DNA of 64,000 nt from a virus (IMGVR_UViG_3300031134_000466), one strand, 5' to 3'; shown: positions 44,800 through 54,037, numbered from the stretch's first letter. Notes: generated from the letters alone by a model not told the origin. Program-made: numbers and translations.

Positions 44800-45349
44800 A
44801 GTTCTTTTTAGCTATGTATTCCCAGGTGATGATACCTTTTTCACAAGTCAGAACATAATGGCTATTGTACCATTCTCCACCTGCGTTGTAGTTATATTCA
44901 TGATAACCAGTTGTGTATCCTTTTGCTACCCATGTGTCTGCAGATGGAGGAACATCTTGATGAGGTCGAGCGTCAGAAGGCTGGAAGCTTTGTACCTGAT
45001 TGATTCGTAACTTCAATTCCTTATGAAGTTCTTCGAACTTGATAGCGACAGACTTACGTCCCTGTTCATCTTCATTCACATACAGAGAAGTATCACTTTC
45101 GTTCCAACCATTGCTGTCACCTAACATGCTCAGGCGGTAAGAAATAACCACAGTAACCTGAAGTTCTGCTCCTGTGCGTTGAGCTTCAAAGATTTCATCT
45201 AAAGTCAATGCAGTGACTACTCGTGTAGCTTCAGGAACTGGGATAAGCTTAGCCCATTCGCCATGAGCGTAATGAGCAAGTTCTCTTTTAGGTAATGTGC
45301 CGAGGACATCAGCTATTTTAGCTGGTCGTTTGTTCGTTTCTTTAGCCAT
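44798..45349 (-). CDS. hypothetical protein
   Basis: 183 aa from ATG 45349 ('MAKETNKRP..'). The track's longer N-terminus is hydrophobic read-through of the promoter region. Confidence 0.55.
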   Translation of the reverse strand: MAKETNKRPAKIADVLGTLPKRELAHYAHGEWAKLIPVPEATRVVTALTLDEIFEAQRTGAELQVTVVISYRLSMLGDSNGWNESDTSLYVNEDEQGRKSVAIKFEELHKELKLRINQVQSFQPSDARPHQDVPPSADTWVAKGYTTGYHEYNYNAGGEWYNSHYVLTCEKGIITWEYIAKKN

Positions 45350-45511
45350 TAGGTGTTTCAACCATTCTGTCTTGGTATCCAAGTATATCAAACAAATTAG
45401 GTAAAAGGCATAAATAGTGTGGAACAAAGAAATGGCATAGTTCGGCCTGGGTCATCACCATTGTGTTACAATTGACCTGTACAACACCAATAAAGCGTAA
45501 CAGGAGTTACC

Positions 45512-46171
45512 ATGGACAACATTAAAGTAGAAGCTAACGGTAAATGGGTCAAGCTGGTAGAAAAAGCAGCATATGATGCACCTCCTACGTGGCATTTGGA
45601 AACCCCAGAGGGCGAGTTCCATATTTCTGTACCTATGCAGTCCACTCAGTTTGAATTGGTAAAACAATACCAGCGTGTATATGACAGTCAGAAAGATATA
45701 GGAATTCCTATTGCTGACGACTTAATGGTTGAGTTAGTTGAATCCGACTGGGGTTTTGTCGGTAACGAAGATGATGTATGGAAGTTCATCTTTACTTCTG
45801 TTGGTTATGACCAGAAGAATCTGATTGAGGACAAAGCAGAGCTGAAAGAACTGGTTCAGGATGCAGCTGAGCAGTTAGAAATCCTCAAACATGATGTTGA
45901 AGCCTCTGCTATCAGCTTCGACCCTGAAGTTGACACTAACACTGGCGATTTCTTTGAGTTTACATCTGCAACATTGAGTGATATGACAAAGCTACTTGCT
46001 GAAACTAAAAAGTCTTTGAAGCGTTACAAGGTACTTTTAGAAGCAGCTGAAAGATGGGTAGCTAAAGAATCGATGGGCCTGAACTGGACTAACGAGACAT
46101 TCCTTAGTAACTATGGTGAAACTCCTGAAGCTAAAAGGCTAATGGCTACGTACGAAGCACACCAAAAGTAG
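45512..46171 (+). CDS. hypothetical protein
   Basis: 219-aa acidic ORF with a CAGGAG RBS. Confidence 0.6.
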   Translation: MDNIKVEANGKWVKLVEKAAYDAPPTWHLETPEGEFHISVPMQSTQFELVKQYQRVYDSQKDIGIPIADDLMVELVESDWGFVGNEDDVWKFIFTSVGYDQKNLIEDKAELKELVQDAAEQLEILKHDVEASAISFDPEVDTNTGDFFEFTSATLSDMTKLLAETKKSLKRYKVLLEAAERWVAKESMGLNWTNETFLSNYGETPEAKRLMATYEAHQK

Positions 46172-46190
46172 CGAACAACATACCAAAAAG

Positions 46191-46219
46191 TTGTCAGAGT
46201 GGAGTAAAGATGGTAGACT
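46191..46219 (+). promoter_or_regulatory. -35 TTGTCA / 17 nt / -10 TAGACT (TGGTAGACT)
   Basis: Canonical spacing. About 145 nt upstream of ATG 46366. Confidence 0.5.
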
Positions 46220-46365
46220 TGTCTCAGTTGGCGATAACAGTCGCCCGTCTCAAGTGGTTACTCCTACGCGGTTTCGCTGTTGAGAGCAAGGTCCCGAGGA
46301 TTCTGTTATCTCACCATCATTCTATTTGACGGTTGAGCGTAGGTTGACTGTCAGAAAATAGGTAA

Positions 46366-47154
46366 ATGATGACTACAAACAGTTTCCAGAAAAAAGCCAT
46401 TCGTGAACGAATGAAGCACACTGGTGAACCGTACCTCGAAGCTTCCCGCCAGCTTTATGGAACCTCTGACAAGTTTCCTACTCCATGGTCTGAACTCAAT
46501 AAAGTTTTGGACGGTGGACTAAGAAAAGGTTCAGTTACTCTTCTTGGCTCTGGACCAGGAGGAGGTGCCACAAGCACAGCTATCAGCATCGCAGAAGGTG
46601 CTAAAAATAAGAGAGCTTTGTATGTTTCCTCGGAAATCTATGGACAAGAATTTCGCACTTTGGACAGTAAGCGGGATGATGATTCTTCTGACCTTATTTT
46701 CATCTACATCGGGCGAGAACAGTTTGGTAACTTAGTCGGCTCTTTGAAAGGGATGGTGTCATCAGTACATGACATCAAAGATGAACCTGATGTCGAGCTT
46801 ATTGTTATTGACTCTTTCGACTTTCTGACTCCTGAACTGCCTACGGTCCAAGAAGCAGCTGCTATGTCTGCTCAAATTAAGAAAATGGCTATCGAGCTTA
46901 ACCTTCCAGTAGTTCTTCTTACTCATTTGAGTACACAATCTGCACACGAAAAAAACCACTTCAGACATTCTTCTGATTTGGTCCAAGACTCTGATGTAAT
47001 ACTCACCTCTCATGTTGAAGGAGAGGGTGTCAACTTAGTTGTTCGCAAAAACAGATTCGGGGACTACGGTCAAAAGATTGCTTTAGATTGGGACAAAAAG
47101 AACTGCTTAATGACATCGAAAAAGTCTACTAATAACTCCTCAGAAACCAACTGA
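46366..47154 (+). CDS. RecA/KaiC/DnaB-C superfamily P-loop protein with non-canonical Walker A
   Basis: 262 aa. 'LLGSGPGGGATST' (Lys replaced by Ala), Walker B-like 'ELIVIDSFDFL', N-terminal 'IRERMKHTGEPYLEASRQL'. Confidence 0.5.
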   Translation: MMTTNSFQKKAIRERMKHTGEPYLEASRQLYGTSDKFPTPWSELNKVLDGGLRKGSVTLLGSGPGGGATSTAISIAEGAKNKRALYVSSEIYGQEFRTLDSKRDDDSSDLIFIYIGREQFGNLVGSLKGMVSSVHDIKDEPDVELIVIDSFDFLTPELPTVQEAAAMSAQIKKMAIELNLPVVLLTHLSTQSAHEKNHFRHSSDLVQDSDVILTSHVEGEGVNLVVRKNRFGDYGQKIALDWDKKNCLMTSKKSTNNSSETN

Positions 47155-47200
47155 CGTTAGATATAGTAGTGCAGGTAAAACTGTGTTATCTAACTCCTTT

Positions 47201-47232
47201 ATTGCGCCGCCTTCTCACTGAGGCGGCGCAAT
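47201..47232 (+). terminator. GC-rich hairpin
   Basis: attgcgccgcct / aggcggcgcaat. Weak T tail. Confidence 0.55.
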
Positions 47233-47248
47233 TGGTTAAATTGCCGAC

Positions 47249-47668
47249 ATGAAGAAAACAAGCTATAATCATTGCATGCTCCCTGAAGGTATAATCACCC
47301 ATCGTAAGATCATTCAACTGCAATTTACTGATATTGCAGGCGATAATTACAGTATTGCTCAAATGGATGACAGCAATGCAGCTGTTGGACATTGCGAAGA
47401 TGTTTCCAGAACCATTCTCAACTCAGGTCTTCTTGAAAATGCTGAGTTAGTAAGTGTCGAAGCTCTCACAGGGAGTGAAGTCTGGTGGCATGTAGCGGTA
47501 GGTATCACTGATCCTGTTTCAGAAGAGCTCACAGTGTACGACTACACTGCACGTCAATTCAGTGCTAATTTGCCTTTCCCTTTAATTCAGCATTATGACA
47601 CATGGGTAAACACCATTGAAACACACGCTAAGAAAGGAACGCTGGCTTTCAGCGAACTCGTATGGTAA
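47249..47668 (+). CDS. hypothetical protein
   Basis: 139-aa ORF. Confidence 0.5.
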   Translation: MKKTSYNHCMLPEGIITHRKIIQLQFTDIAGDNYSIAQMDDSNAAVGHCEDVSRTILNSGLLENAELVSVEALTGSEVWWHVAVGITDPVSEELTVYDYTARQFSANLPFPLIQHYDTWVNTIETHAKKGTLAFSELVW

Positions 47669-48114
47669 ACATGACCCCAACACTTGACTTGAAAGAAAGT
47701 TTCACAGTCCAACGCTTCTACTCTGAGCTGAAAAGGCTAATCAGTTCTTTGGAAGCTGGCACACCAGTTACTGATGACGAGCGTATTTGGCTTATCGTGT
47801 TGAATGCAGGACTTGATAACTTCCAAGGCAGTTTCTATGCAGCAGAAGAACCTCAGCCAGACACTGTAGAAAACTGGTTACTTTTTGCGAACAACATTCA
47901 GATTAGCTTGTACGCATTATCCGATGAACAAGGATGGTTCTTCTTTAGAACAGGAACTCCAGGTGCAACGGTAAAAGAACTGCTCAAGTCTGAAGTGTCA
48001 TCCAACCTTCTTTCATCTACTGATTGGGATGCTTTGGTGTCCCAGCTGGAGAATGATGAGAGTAACGAAATGTTTATCGATGGCGAAGTGTACGTTTGTA
48101 ACGTGCGGTTCTAA
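47662..48114 (+). CDS. hypothetical protein
   Basis: 150-aa ORF overlapping the upstream stop codon by 7 nt. Confidence 0.5.
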   Translation: MVNMTPTLDLKESFTVQRFYSELKRLISSLEAGTPVTDDERIWLIVLNAGLDNFQGSFYAAEEPQPDTVENWLLFANNIQISLYALSDEQGWFFFRTGTPGATVKELLKSEVSSNLLSSTDWDALVSQLENDESNEMFIDGEVYVCNVRF

Positions 48115-48133
48115 GAATCCGATATAGGTCGAC

Positions 48134-48655
48134 ATGAATAAACTTGTAGTTGCCTGTGATGGTTCATGCCTAAAAAATCCAGGCGGCGCAATTGGATGGT
48201 CCTGGGCGGACAGCAAAGGACGCTGGCAAGCAAACGGTTTACCCACCGGGACAAACCAGGTAGCTGAACTTATTGGGTTATTGTCTGTCCTTTACGCTTT
48301 TCCTAATACAGACCTTCACATCAAAATTGACTCACGTTACGCTATGGACATCTCAACCAAATGGATGTTTACCTGGAAGAAGAATGGTTGGTGGCGTGAC
48401 ACTCAGCAGACAAAAGCAGTTAGCAACCTCACCCACGTGAAAGCTCTTTATGAAGCTCTTCGAATTAGAAAAAAGAAGAACCTTGTAACAACATTCGAAT
48501 GGGTGAAAGGCCATGCTTCTGACACTTTGAACAACAAAGCCGACAAAGAAGCTCAAGCAGCTGCCAGGCGAGTCAAAGCCGGCAAACTAGCGTATGCTGA
48601 CTCAGCAAAGAACACAACTTCTGAACGACAAACAAGAATGTTAGAAACCCTGTGA
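48134..48655 (+). CDS. rnhA: ribonuclease H (type 1)
   Basis: 173 aa. DEDD residues in 'VACDGSC', 'TNQVAELIG', 'IKIDSRY', 'NNKADKEA'. Confidence 0.85.
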   Translation: MNKLVVACDGSCLKNPGGAIGWSWADSKGRWQANGLPTGTNQVAELIGLLSVLYAFPNTDLHIKIDSRYAMDISTKWMFTWKKNGWWRDTQQTKAVSNLTHVKALYEALRIRKKKNLVTTFEWVKGHASDTLNNKADKEAQAAARRVKAGKLAYADSAKNTTSERQTRMLETL

Positions 48656-49461
48656 CTCTCACTATTGCTTCATACAACATCCAAGTGCCTGCCGCTAAAG
48701 CTGAATTCCATGGCTGGGAGGGGAGGAAAGAAGAACTGTTGGCAACGTTGCCAACTTTAGGTGATCTGTTTGGTTTACAAGAAGTTTCATACGTAGATAC
48801 TCAAGGGTCAGAGGTTTCAACCCAGCTACGTAACAACGGATTTGATGGTTATGAACCTTCACATAACGACTTTAGCGAATATGATGACGAATTCCATCAG
48901 AGAAATCCTATCTTCTGGAAAGCTGACAAATTTGAACTCAAACAAAGCCATGTAAGGCTACTCACTACAGGAACTGTCGAAGAGCAGCAAGAGCTTCCCA
49001 ATATTGAAAACAGATACAGCACTCACGTATTGCTGGAGCATGTTTCAGGTGATTTGATCCATTTCTTCAACCTTCACCAGCAGCATGTTCCCATTGAACT
49101 AACAGATGAAGAACTCATTGCCAAATATGCAGCGGTGCAGGTAAAAGGTCTGATAGCTTTGCACGAATTTGCTCAGGAAGTCAACCCAGAAAATAATCCT
49201 GCAATCATTGTTGGAGATTTCAACTCTGTTTCCCCAACTGTCATGGGGTTCACCTGTGCCAAGAAAGCCGCTAACGAAAACGTGAATGGCCAGTACAACA
49301 GCTACCACGGCTATGTAGAAGAAACGGCTGCTAACGGTGACTACATAATTGACCATATACTGTCAAATTTCCCAGCTGGTGACATTCTTCGCACTGAGAC
49401 TTTGATAGAAGACAAAGGCAGCGACCATTACCCTCTGCAAGCATCATTCAAACACTGCTGA
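48652..49461 (+). CDS. endonuclease/exonuclease/phosphatase (EEP) family protein
   Basis: 269 aa. 'IASYNIQ', 'IIVGDFNS', 'DHILSN', 'GSDHYPL'. GTGA overlap with the rnhA stop codon. Confidence 0.75.
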   Translation: MTLTIASYNIQVPAAKAEFHGWEGRKEELLATLPTLGDLFGLQEVSYVDTQGSEVSTQLRNNGFDGYEPSHNDFSEYDDEFHQRNPIFWKADKFELKQSHVRLLTTGTVEEQQELPNIENRYSTHVLLEHVSGDLIHFFNLHQQHVPIELTDEELIAKYAAVQVKGLIALHEFAQEVNPENNPAIIVGDFNSVSPTVMGFTCAKKAANENVNGQYNSYHGYVEETAANGDYIIDHILSNFPAGDILRTETLIEDKGSDHYPLQASFKHC

Positions 49462-49519
49462 CGATAGTAAAAAATAGACTTCCGGTAGACTTGAACTCTG
49501 CCTAACCAGATTTGGAACC

Positions 49520-50176
49520 ATGAGAATAGTAGTAGCTGATTGTTCAGTCATTTACACAGGAAGAGGAGACACCCGTCTTCCCCGAGCAGTCCGAGCGATC
49601 ATTGTCAAAGATGATGGTTCAATCTCAGTGCATAACGACAAAAGTAACAAACCTTTGAACTATATGGGTAAAGGTAACGAGCTTTCAGAAGTTGAGCTGG
49701 AAGATTGTAAACTATGGTTCTTTGACACAAGGCAAGAAAGTCTCCGCATTACTTTACATGAAGTTATTTCTGACACTGATTTCCTCCTTGATCGAAACGA
49801 TGAAGGACTGATCCGTGACGGCACAGAGAAGCAGCTGCAGGCTTGGTTAGCAGAGAACCCAGAAGCATTAGGTGAAGGCTATACTTTCGTTCAAAGAGAA
49901 TATCAGACAGGTGCAGGAGCTGTTGATTTGTTAGTCACTGACCCTGAAGGTAACCCTGTGGCGGTAGAAGTGAAACGAGTGGCCATGATTAACAGTGTGA
50001 GCCAGACACAACGTTATGTTGAGTCGATGAAAGAGGACCCTGAGTTTGCCAATACCACTGGCATTATCGCCGCTTTAGACATTCGACCTAACACTGTGAA
50101 GTTAGCGGACAAAAAGAAAATCCGCTGTGTCACTTTACCAACATGGTGGCGTGACCCAGCGGATACTTCAATGTAA
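49520..50176 (+). CDS. nucS: endonuclease NucS (EndoMS)
   Basis: 218 aa. 'MRIVVADCSVIYTGRGDTRLP', 'GAGAVDLLVTDPEGNPVAVEVKR', 'QTQRYVESM'. Confidence 0.9.
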   Translation: MRIVVADCSVIYTGRGDTRLPRAVRAIIVKDDGSISVHNDKSNKPLNYMGKGNELSEVELEDCKLWFFDTRQESLRITLHEVISDTDFLLDRNDEGLIRDGTEKQLQAWLAENPEALGEGYTFVQREYQTGAGAVDLLVTDPEGNPVAVEVKRVAMINSVSQTQRYVESMKEDPEFANTTGIIAALDIRPNTVKLADKKKIRCVTLPTWWRDPADTSM

Positions 50177-50177
50177 T

Positions 50178-50666
50178 TCAGCCGTCAAACTTTTCGACAT
50201 CTTGAGGTGCTACACGGTAAGCGTATTCTGTTTTTGCTGACAGGTAGTACACGTACAGCTTGTCAGTTTTGTCAGTACTGGTTTCCAGAATGTAATTACG
50301 TTTTGCATCTTCATCCAAGAACCCGTTCTGATTGTGAAGCATCTCAAGCGATTCTTCTTTTGTAAGGCCAAGATAAGAGTAGTTCTTGTCAAACCATTTC
50401 AAATAGCTTTTTTCTGAAATAGCTACTTTCTGTTGGGGCTGGAAGAATGAAATGTGCCAGAAGCTGAAACCGGCAGCTCCTACAAGAAGGAGAGTGAATA
50501 GCCAGGTCAGGATAACAGGAAGTTGCCTGATGGCAGGGATAATCATGCCCAGGATGAGTAACCCTGCTGGGATGAGGAGGAACCAGAAGTTGAAGTTCTC
50601 ATACCCAGATAGATCATGAGGAGGCAACCAACCAGTGAGGTCTTCCAGTGTGATGTCGTTGGGCAT
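50178..50666 (-). CDS. membrane protein
   Basis: 162 aa with two TM segments. AAGGAA RBS. Confidence 0.55.
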   Translation of the reverse strand: MPNDITLEDLTGWLPPHDLSGYENFNFWFLLIPAGLLILGMIIPAIRQLPVILTWLFTLLLVGAAGFSFWHISFFQPQQKVAISEKSYLKWFDKNYSYLGLTKEESLEMLHNQNGFLDEDAKRNYILETSTDKTDKLYVYYLSAKTEYAYRVAPQDVEKFDG

Positions 50667-50744
50667 GATTCTAATGTTCCTTAATCGTTGTCAGCTTTAT
50701 GAGCGGTCAAAGAATTCTATCATCAACGGCTAAAGCACATAGTA

Positions 50745-50774
50745 TTTGACAGCTGGCTGGGTTTCATGGTAAGT
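50745..50774 (+). promoter_or_regulatory. -35 TTGACA / 18 nt / -10 TAAGTT (TGGTAAGTT)
   Basis: Upstream of the Pnkp gene. Argues against the track's TTG 50774 start. Confidence 0.55.
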
Positions 50775-50800
50775 TGGAGTATCTTAAGTTAGGAAACAAA

Positions 50801-51706
50801 ATGTCACAGATAATGCGGATTCACCGTGGAGTGCAAGGCTCTGGTAAATCCACAGAAGCCATCCGTTGGGTGAACCAGGACCCGTTAAACCGTGCCCGTG
50901 TGAACCGTGATGACATTCGTCTCAGCCAGTTCGGCTCCTACGAGCTTCCTCAGGAACTCGAAGTTGCTGTTACCAAAGTAGAGCATGCCATCATCACCGC
51001 ACTTCTTGCTGCACGCAAAAGTGTTGTTGTTGACAATGTGAACCTGAAAGCCAAGTACGTTAAAGAGTACCTGCTTATTGCGGAGAAAGCCAACGTACCT
51101 GTTGTGCATCAGGACTTCCCTGTGGAGTTGGAGACAGCTCTTGCTCGTAACGCTGCTCGTGACCGTAAAGTCCCTGCACATGTGATTGAGACAACATTCA
51201 AGCGTTACATTCAGAGTGGCAAGTTCCCTCCGTTCCCCGTACTTGACTACGAAGCCGCTGCAGCAGGAATCTATGTTCCTGATGAGACTCTGCCTAAAGC
51301 TATCCTTTTGGATGTTGACGGCACAGCCATGAAGATGGGTTCACATCGTGGACCGTTTGACTGGCACAAAGTCATTGATGACGAGCCTAACCCGCCTGTT
51401 GTTGAAACAGTAAAAGCTTTGCATGCTCAGGGCTACAAAGTTGTTGTCATGTCTGGTCGTGATGAAGTCTGCAAAACAGACACGTTACTTTCTCTGGAAG
51501 TAGCTGGTGTTCCTGTGGATGAAATCTACATGAGACCCCACAACGATTACCGTAAAGACAACATCATCAAGCGTGAACTTTTTGATGCTCACATTCGGGA
51601 GCGTTTCAACATCCTGTTAGCTTTGGATGACCGGAACCAGGTTGTGGACGCTTACCGTCGTGAGCTGGGTCTTCCTGTCTTTCAGGTTGACTACGGAGAC
51701 TTCTAA
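50801..51706 (+). CDS. polynucleotide kinase-phosphatase (Pnkp): P-loop 5'-kinase + HAD 3'-phosphatase
   Basis: 'HRGVQGSGKST' and 'LLDVDGT', 'VVMSGRDE', 'ALDDRNQVV'. AGGAAA RBS. Confidence 0.8.
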   Translation: MSQIMRIHRGVQGSGKSTEAIRWVNQDPLNRARVNRDDIRLSQFGSYELPQELEVAVTKVEHAIITALLAARKSVVVDNVNLKAKYVKEYLLIAEKANVPVVHQDFPVELETALARNAARDRKVPAHVIETTFKRYIQSGKFPPFPVLDYEAAAAGIYVPDETLPKAILLDVDGTAMKMGSHRGPFDWHKVIDDEPNPPVVETVKALHAQGYKVVVMSGRDEVCKTDTLLSLEVAGVPVDEIYMRPHNDYRKDNIIKRELFDAHIRERFNILLALDDRNQVVDAYRRELGLPVFQVDYGDF

Positions 51707-51716
51707 GTCAGCATGA

Positions 51717-51753
51717 GTAAAGCCCCGAATCGTAACTTGATTCGGGGCTTTAC
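51717..51753. terminator. bidirectional hairpin
   Basis: 15-bp arms gtaaagccccgaatc / gattcggggctttac. Confidence 0.8.
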
Positions 51754-51757
51754 CTGT

Positions 51758-52729
51758 TTAAATTTCTCGCAGCTGCACAATTGTCAGTTCAGTTGCTTCA
51801 CCTTTTTTATTGACCCTTTTGACTTTCACATCATTAGCAACAACTTCGAATTTTGCACCACGAGGAATGATGAACTCATACTCTCTTGGACCTTGCGATG
51901 AAATAGCTGTGATTGGGGCTCCACTTTTTGTAAGAATCTGTAAAGAAACATTGATGTTGTCTTTGGAAGGTAAATCTTGAGGATTCAAACTTGTCGATAA
52001 GAAGAATTTAGGTTCGTAAGTGCTACCAACAGGGAAATGTTTGTCGAGGTTTTGAGCGTCATCACTTGAATGATATCCTTTTTCATCATAAAGATGATGA
52101 CGGCGGTAAACCATCACGCCTTCTTCTGCTGGTTCGTGTTTAGCAAAAGCATCATCCAGGATAGTTACAGCTGCATCCAACGTTTCAGGTGCAACATTTT
52201 TTGCGTACGGATTTGTTGAAGCTGAAAGATGGCCGTTGATGTCAGCATAGCCATCTTCTGAATACCAGCGAAGAGTAGCTATTTCAGTATCATCCAGTTT
52301 GGCACTCCAGTTTTGGGAATCTGCCATGCTGTTCAACAGGTCAGCATGTTTGTAATGCATCTCTTCAAGAGTGTCACCAGTTTCGAAAAACGTCGGAGAA
52401 GTGTAAGCAGCTTTTTGTGCTTTTTTGTGGGTGATGACTTTACGATCCGCAACAGCAGCTAATCTTCTGGCTCGTTCTTGAGAAAGCGCTTCGTATTCTT
52501 CTGCATGCCATTCCTGCGTTGGATTCTTTTTGATCTGTCTTTCCAAAGACTTTAGATAAGCTGGTGTTAGTTTGTACTCTGCTTCAGCTTTTCTTCTTAC
52601 CGCTATTAGCTTCTCAAGCTCTGGGTCTTTGCGGTTGTCCATGAAAGCACTGAGAACCGCTTGATGAGCTTTAGCGTAGGTGGCTGCAGCATGAGCTGAA
52701 CAACGGGGACCAGGTTTTGGGTAACACAT
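51758..52729 (-). CDS. R-S-ExE ADP-ribosyltransferase 3 with N-terminal C-x7-C-x2-H module
   Basis: 323 aa. 'MCYPKPGPRCSAHAA' is identical to the ART 2 N-terminus. 'VMVYRRH', 'LSTSLN', 'REYEFIIPRG'. Confidence 0.7.
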   Translation of the reverse strand: MCYPKPGPRCSAHAAATYAKAHQAVLSAFMDNRKDPELEKLIAVRRKAEAEYKLTPAYLKSLERQIKKNPTQEWHAEEYEALSQERARRLAAVADRKVITHKKAQKAAYTSPTFFETGDTLEEMHYKHADLLNSMADSQNWSAKLDDTEIATLRWYSEDGYADINGHLSASTNPYAKNVAPETLDAAVTILDDAFAKHEPAEEGVMVYRRHHLYDEKGYHSSDDAQNLDKHFPVGSTYEPKFFLSTSLNPQDLPSKDNINVSLQILTKSGAPITAISSQGPREYEFIIPRGAKFEVVANDVKVKRVNKKGEATELTIVQLREI

Positions 52730-52811
52730 GCTCCATTTCTAACAGCTTGACATCCCATCATTTATCCGATACTGTTGTTACTATACGAACCGAATAGCAG
52801 ATTGAGGTTAT

Positions 52812-53015
52812 ATGCCTGGAATGATGGCTTCCAACAAGAACCGTGCCGTGAACAACGTTGACAGCACTATGTTCGATGATGGTTTCTGGCAGCACCGACA
52901 CTTCAAAGGTAAGCGTCGCACTGGAGCTGCAACTGGTGGTCGCGGTTGGCGTCGAGCTCTTCGCAAGAAGGAGAAGCAGAGCGTCAAAAAGGACATCCGT
53001 AACGACGAAATGTGA
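52812..53015 (+). CDS. small highly basic protein
   Basis: 67 aa. GAGG lies 4 nt upstream and a terminator follows directly. The antisense 107-aa ORF runs through that hairpin, so I rejected it. Confidence 0.45.
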   Translation: MPGMMASNKNRAVNNVDSTMFDDGFWQHRHFKGKRRTGAATGGRGWRRALRKKEKQSVKKDIRNDEM

Positions 53016-53021
53016 ACTGTA

Positions 53022-53065
53022 AATAGGGTCAAAATCCTGATAAACTCAAGGATTTTGACCCTATT
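53022..53065 (+). terminator. hairpin terminator
   Basis: 17-bp arms aatagggtcaaaatcct / aggattttgaccctatt. Confidence 0.8.
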
Positions 53066-53068
53066 TTG

Positions 53069-53097
53069 TTGCTGGATACCGTGTTCTGTGGTAGACT
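53069..53097 (+). promoter_or_regulatory. -35 TTGCTG / 17 nt / -10 TAGACT (TGGTAGACT)
   Basis: 49-nt leader with an AAAGGG RBS before ATG 53147. Confidence 0.55.
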
Positions 53098-53146
53098 TGA
53101 GTAACATACAACGCAGCATCACACAGTTCACTGAAAGGGTTCCATT

Positions 53147-54028
53147 ATGACTACAAATTTAGGTTTCAGAGCTGAGGTCTCATACGACGCAGTGAAAGAT
53201 TTGACTCTCATGAGTTCATCATCTTCAGACTTCTCTTCTCCTCTTAACTTTGCCCTCACACGAGGTTCTGACGAGGACAAAGCCGTCAGGGCTCTCCTCG
53301 AAGACCAGGGACGAGTAGAATTCGTCAAGTCAGCGGTTTCTTTGAACAACCTTTCCCAGGTAGGTTCTTTCGGTGTTAGAACAGACGGTAATCCTTCCCG
53401 AGCTGACCTGGGTGTTCACAAGAACCTCACTATCGCAGGTAAAGATGGTTCAGGTGTTCTGAACTTCGTCAGAAACTATCTTCTTTGGGCTTACGCTACA
53501 AACACTCGAATCTATGCTGTGAACGCTCCAGCTGACATGTACGGTGCTGTGAATTACTTGCGTACTGACAAACTGGTTCGTATCGACTCAGGAGATGAGC
53601 CGAACATTGATTCCATCTGGAGTCAGTACGATGCTGATGTTGCTGCTGGTCGTCCTGTGCTTGTGTTGGTGAACAGCATTGGTGATATCGAAGACCAGGA
53701 TGAGGTGGTTGCAAGTTTCCTTGCCCATGTTGACACACGCAAGTTCGAAGTTTACGCTCTTTCTTTCTCAACATTCCAGGAAGAGCTTCCAGAAGACACT
53801 CATTACGAGAACTTCTTCTGGCGAGTTGGTGTTGACGCTGAGCACACTACAGGTTTCATTGGTGACACTCTTCCTGAGATTGCATCTTACATGATGAAAG
53901 AACATGTAGGAATTCCTCATGAGAACCCTCGTGGCGTGCTGTGGTTAAACAGAAATGCTGAGCGTTACGAACGAGTTATCACCTATGTGGTGCCTCGTCG
54001 TTTCTGGGAAGACAGCCTGAACTTCTGA
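53147..54028 (+). CDS. hypothetical protein (possible degenerate P-loop fold)
   Basis: 293 aa. 'IAGKDGSGVLNF' and 'VLVLVNSIGDIED' loosely resemble Walker A/B but lack the canonical GK[ST]. Confidence 0.5.
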   Translation: MTTNLGFRAEVSYDAVKDLTLMSSSSSDFSSPLNFALTRGSDEDKAVRALLEDQGRVEFVKSAVSLNNLSQVGSFGVRTDGNPSRADLGVHKNLTIAGKDGSGVLNFVRNYLLWAYATNTRIYAVNAPADMYGAVNYLRTDKLVRIDSGDEPNIDSIWSQYDADVAAGRPVLVLVNSIGDIEDQDEVVASFLAHVDTRKFEVYALSFSTFQEELPEDTHYENFFWRVGVDAEHTTGFIGDTLPEIASYMMKEHVGIPHENPRGVLWLNRNAERYERVITYVVPRRFWEDSLNF

Positions 54029-54037
54029 TTTCAGACA

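Noticed and set aside
47221-48195. Exact 15-mer aggcggcgcaattgg at 47221-47235 and 48181-48195.
   Set aside because: My rough expectation for a chance 15-mer repeat in 64 kb is on the order of one or two. One copy is a terminator arm and the other is inside rnhA, with no extended similarity.
52808-53131. 107-aa minus-strand ORF overlapping the small basic protein gene.
   Set aside because: It runs straight through the 53022-53065 terminator hairpin and the 53069-53097 promoter. The plus-strand 67-aa ORF has GAGG 4 nt upstream and is followed directly by that terminator.
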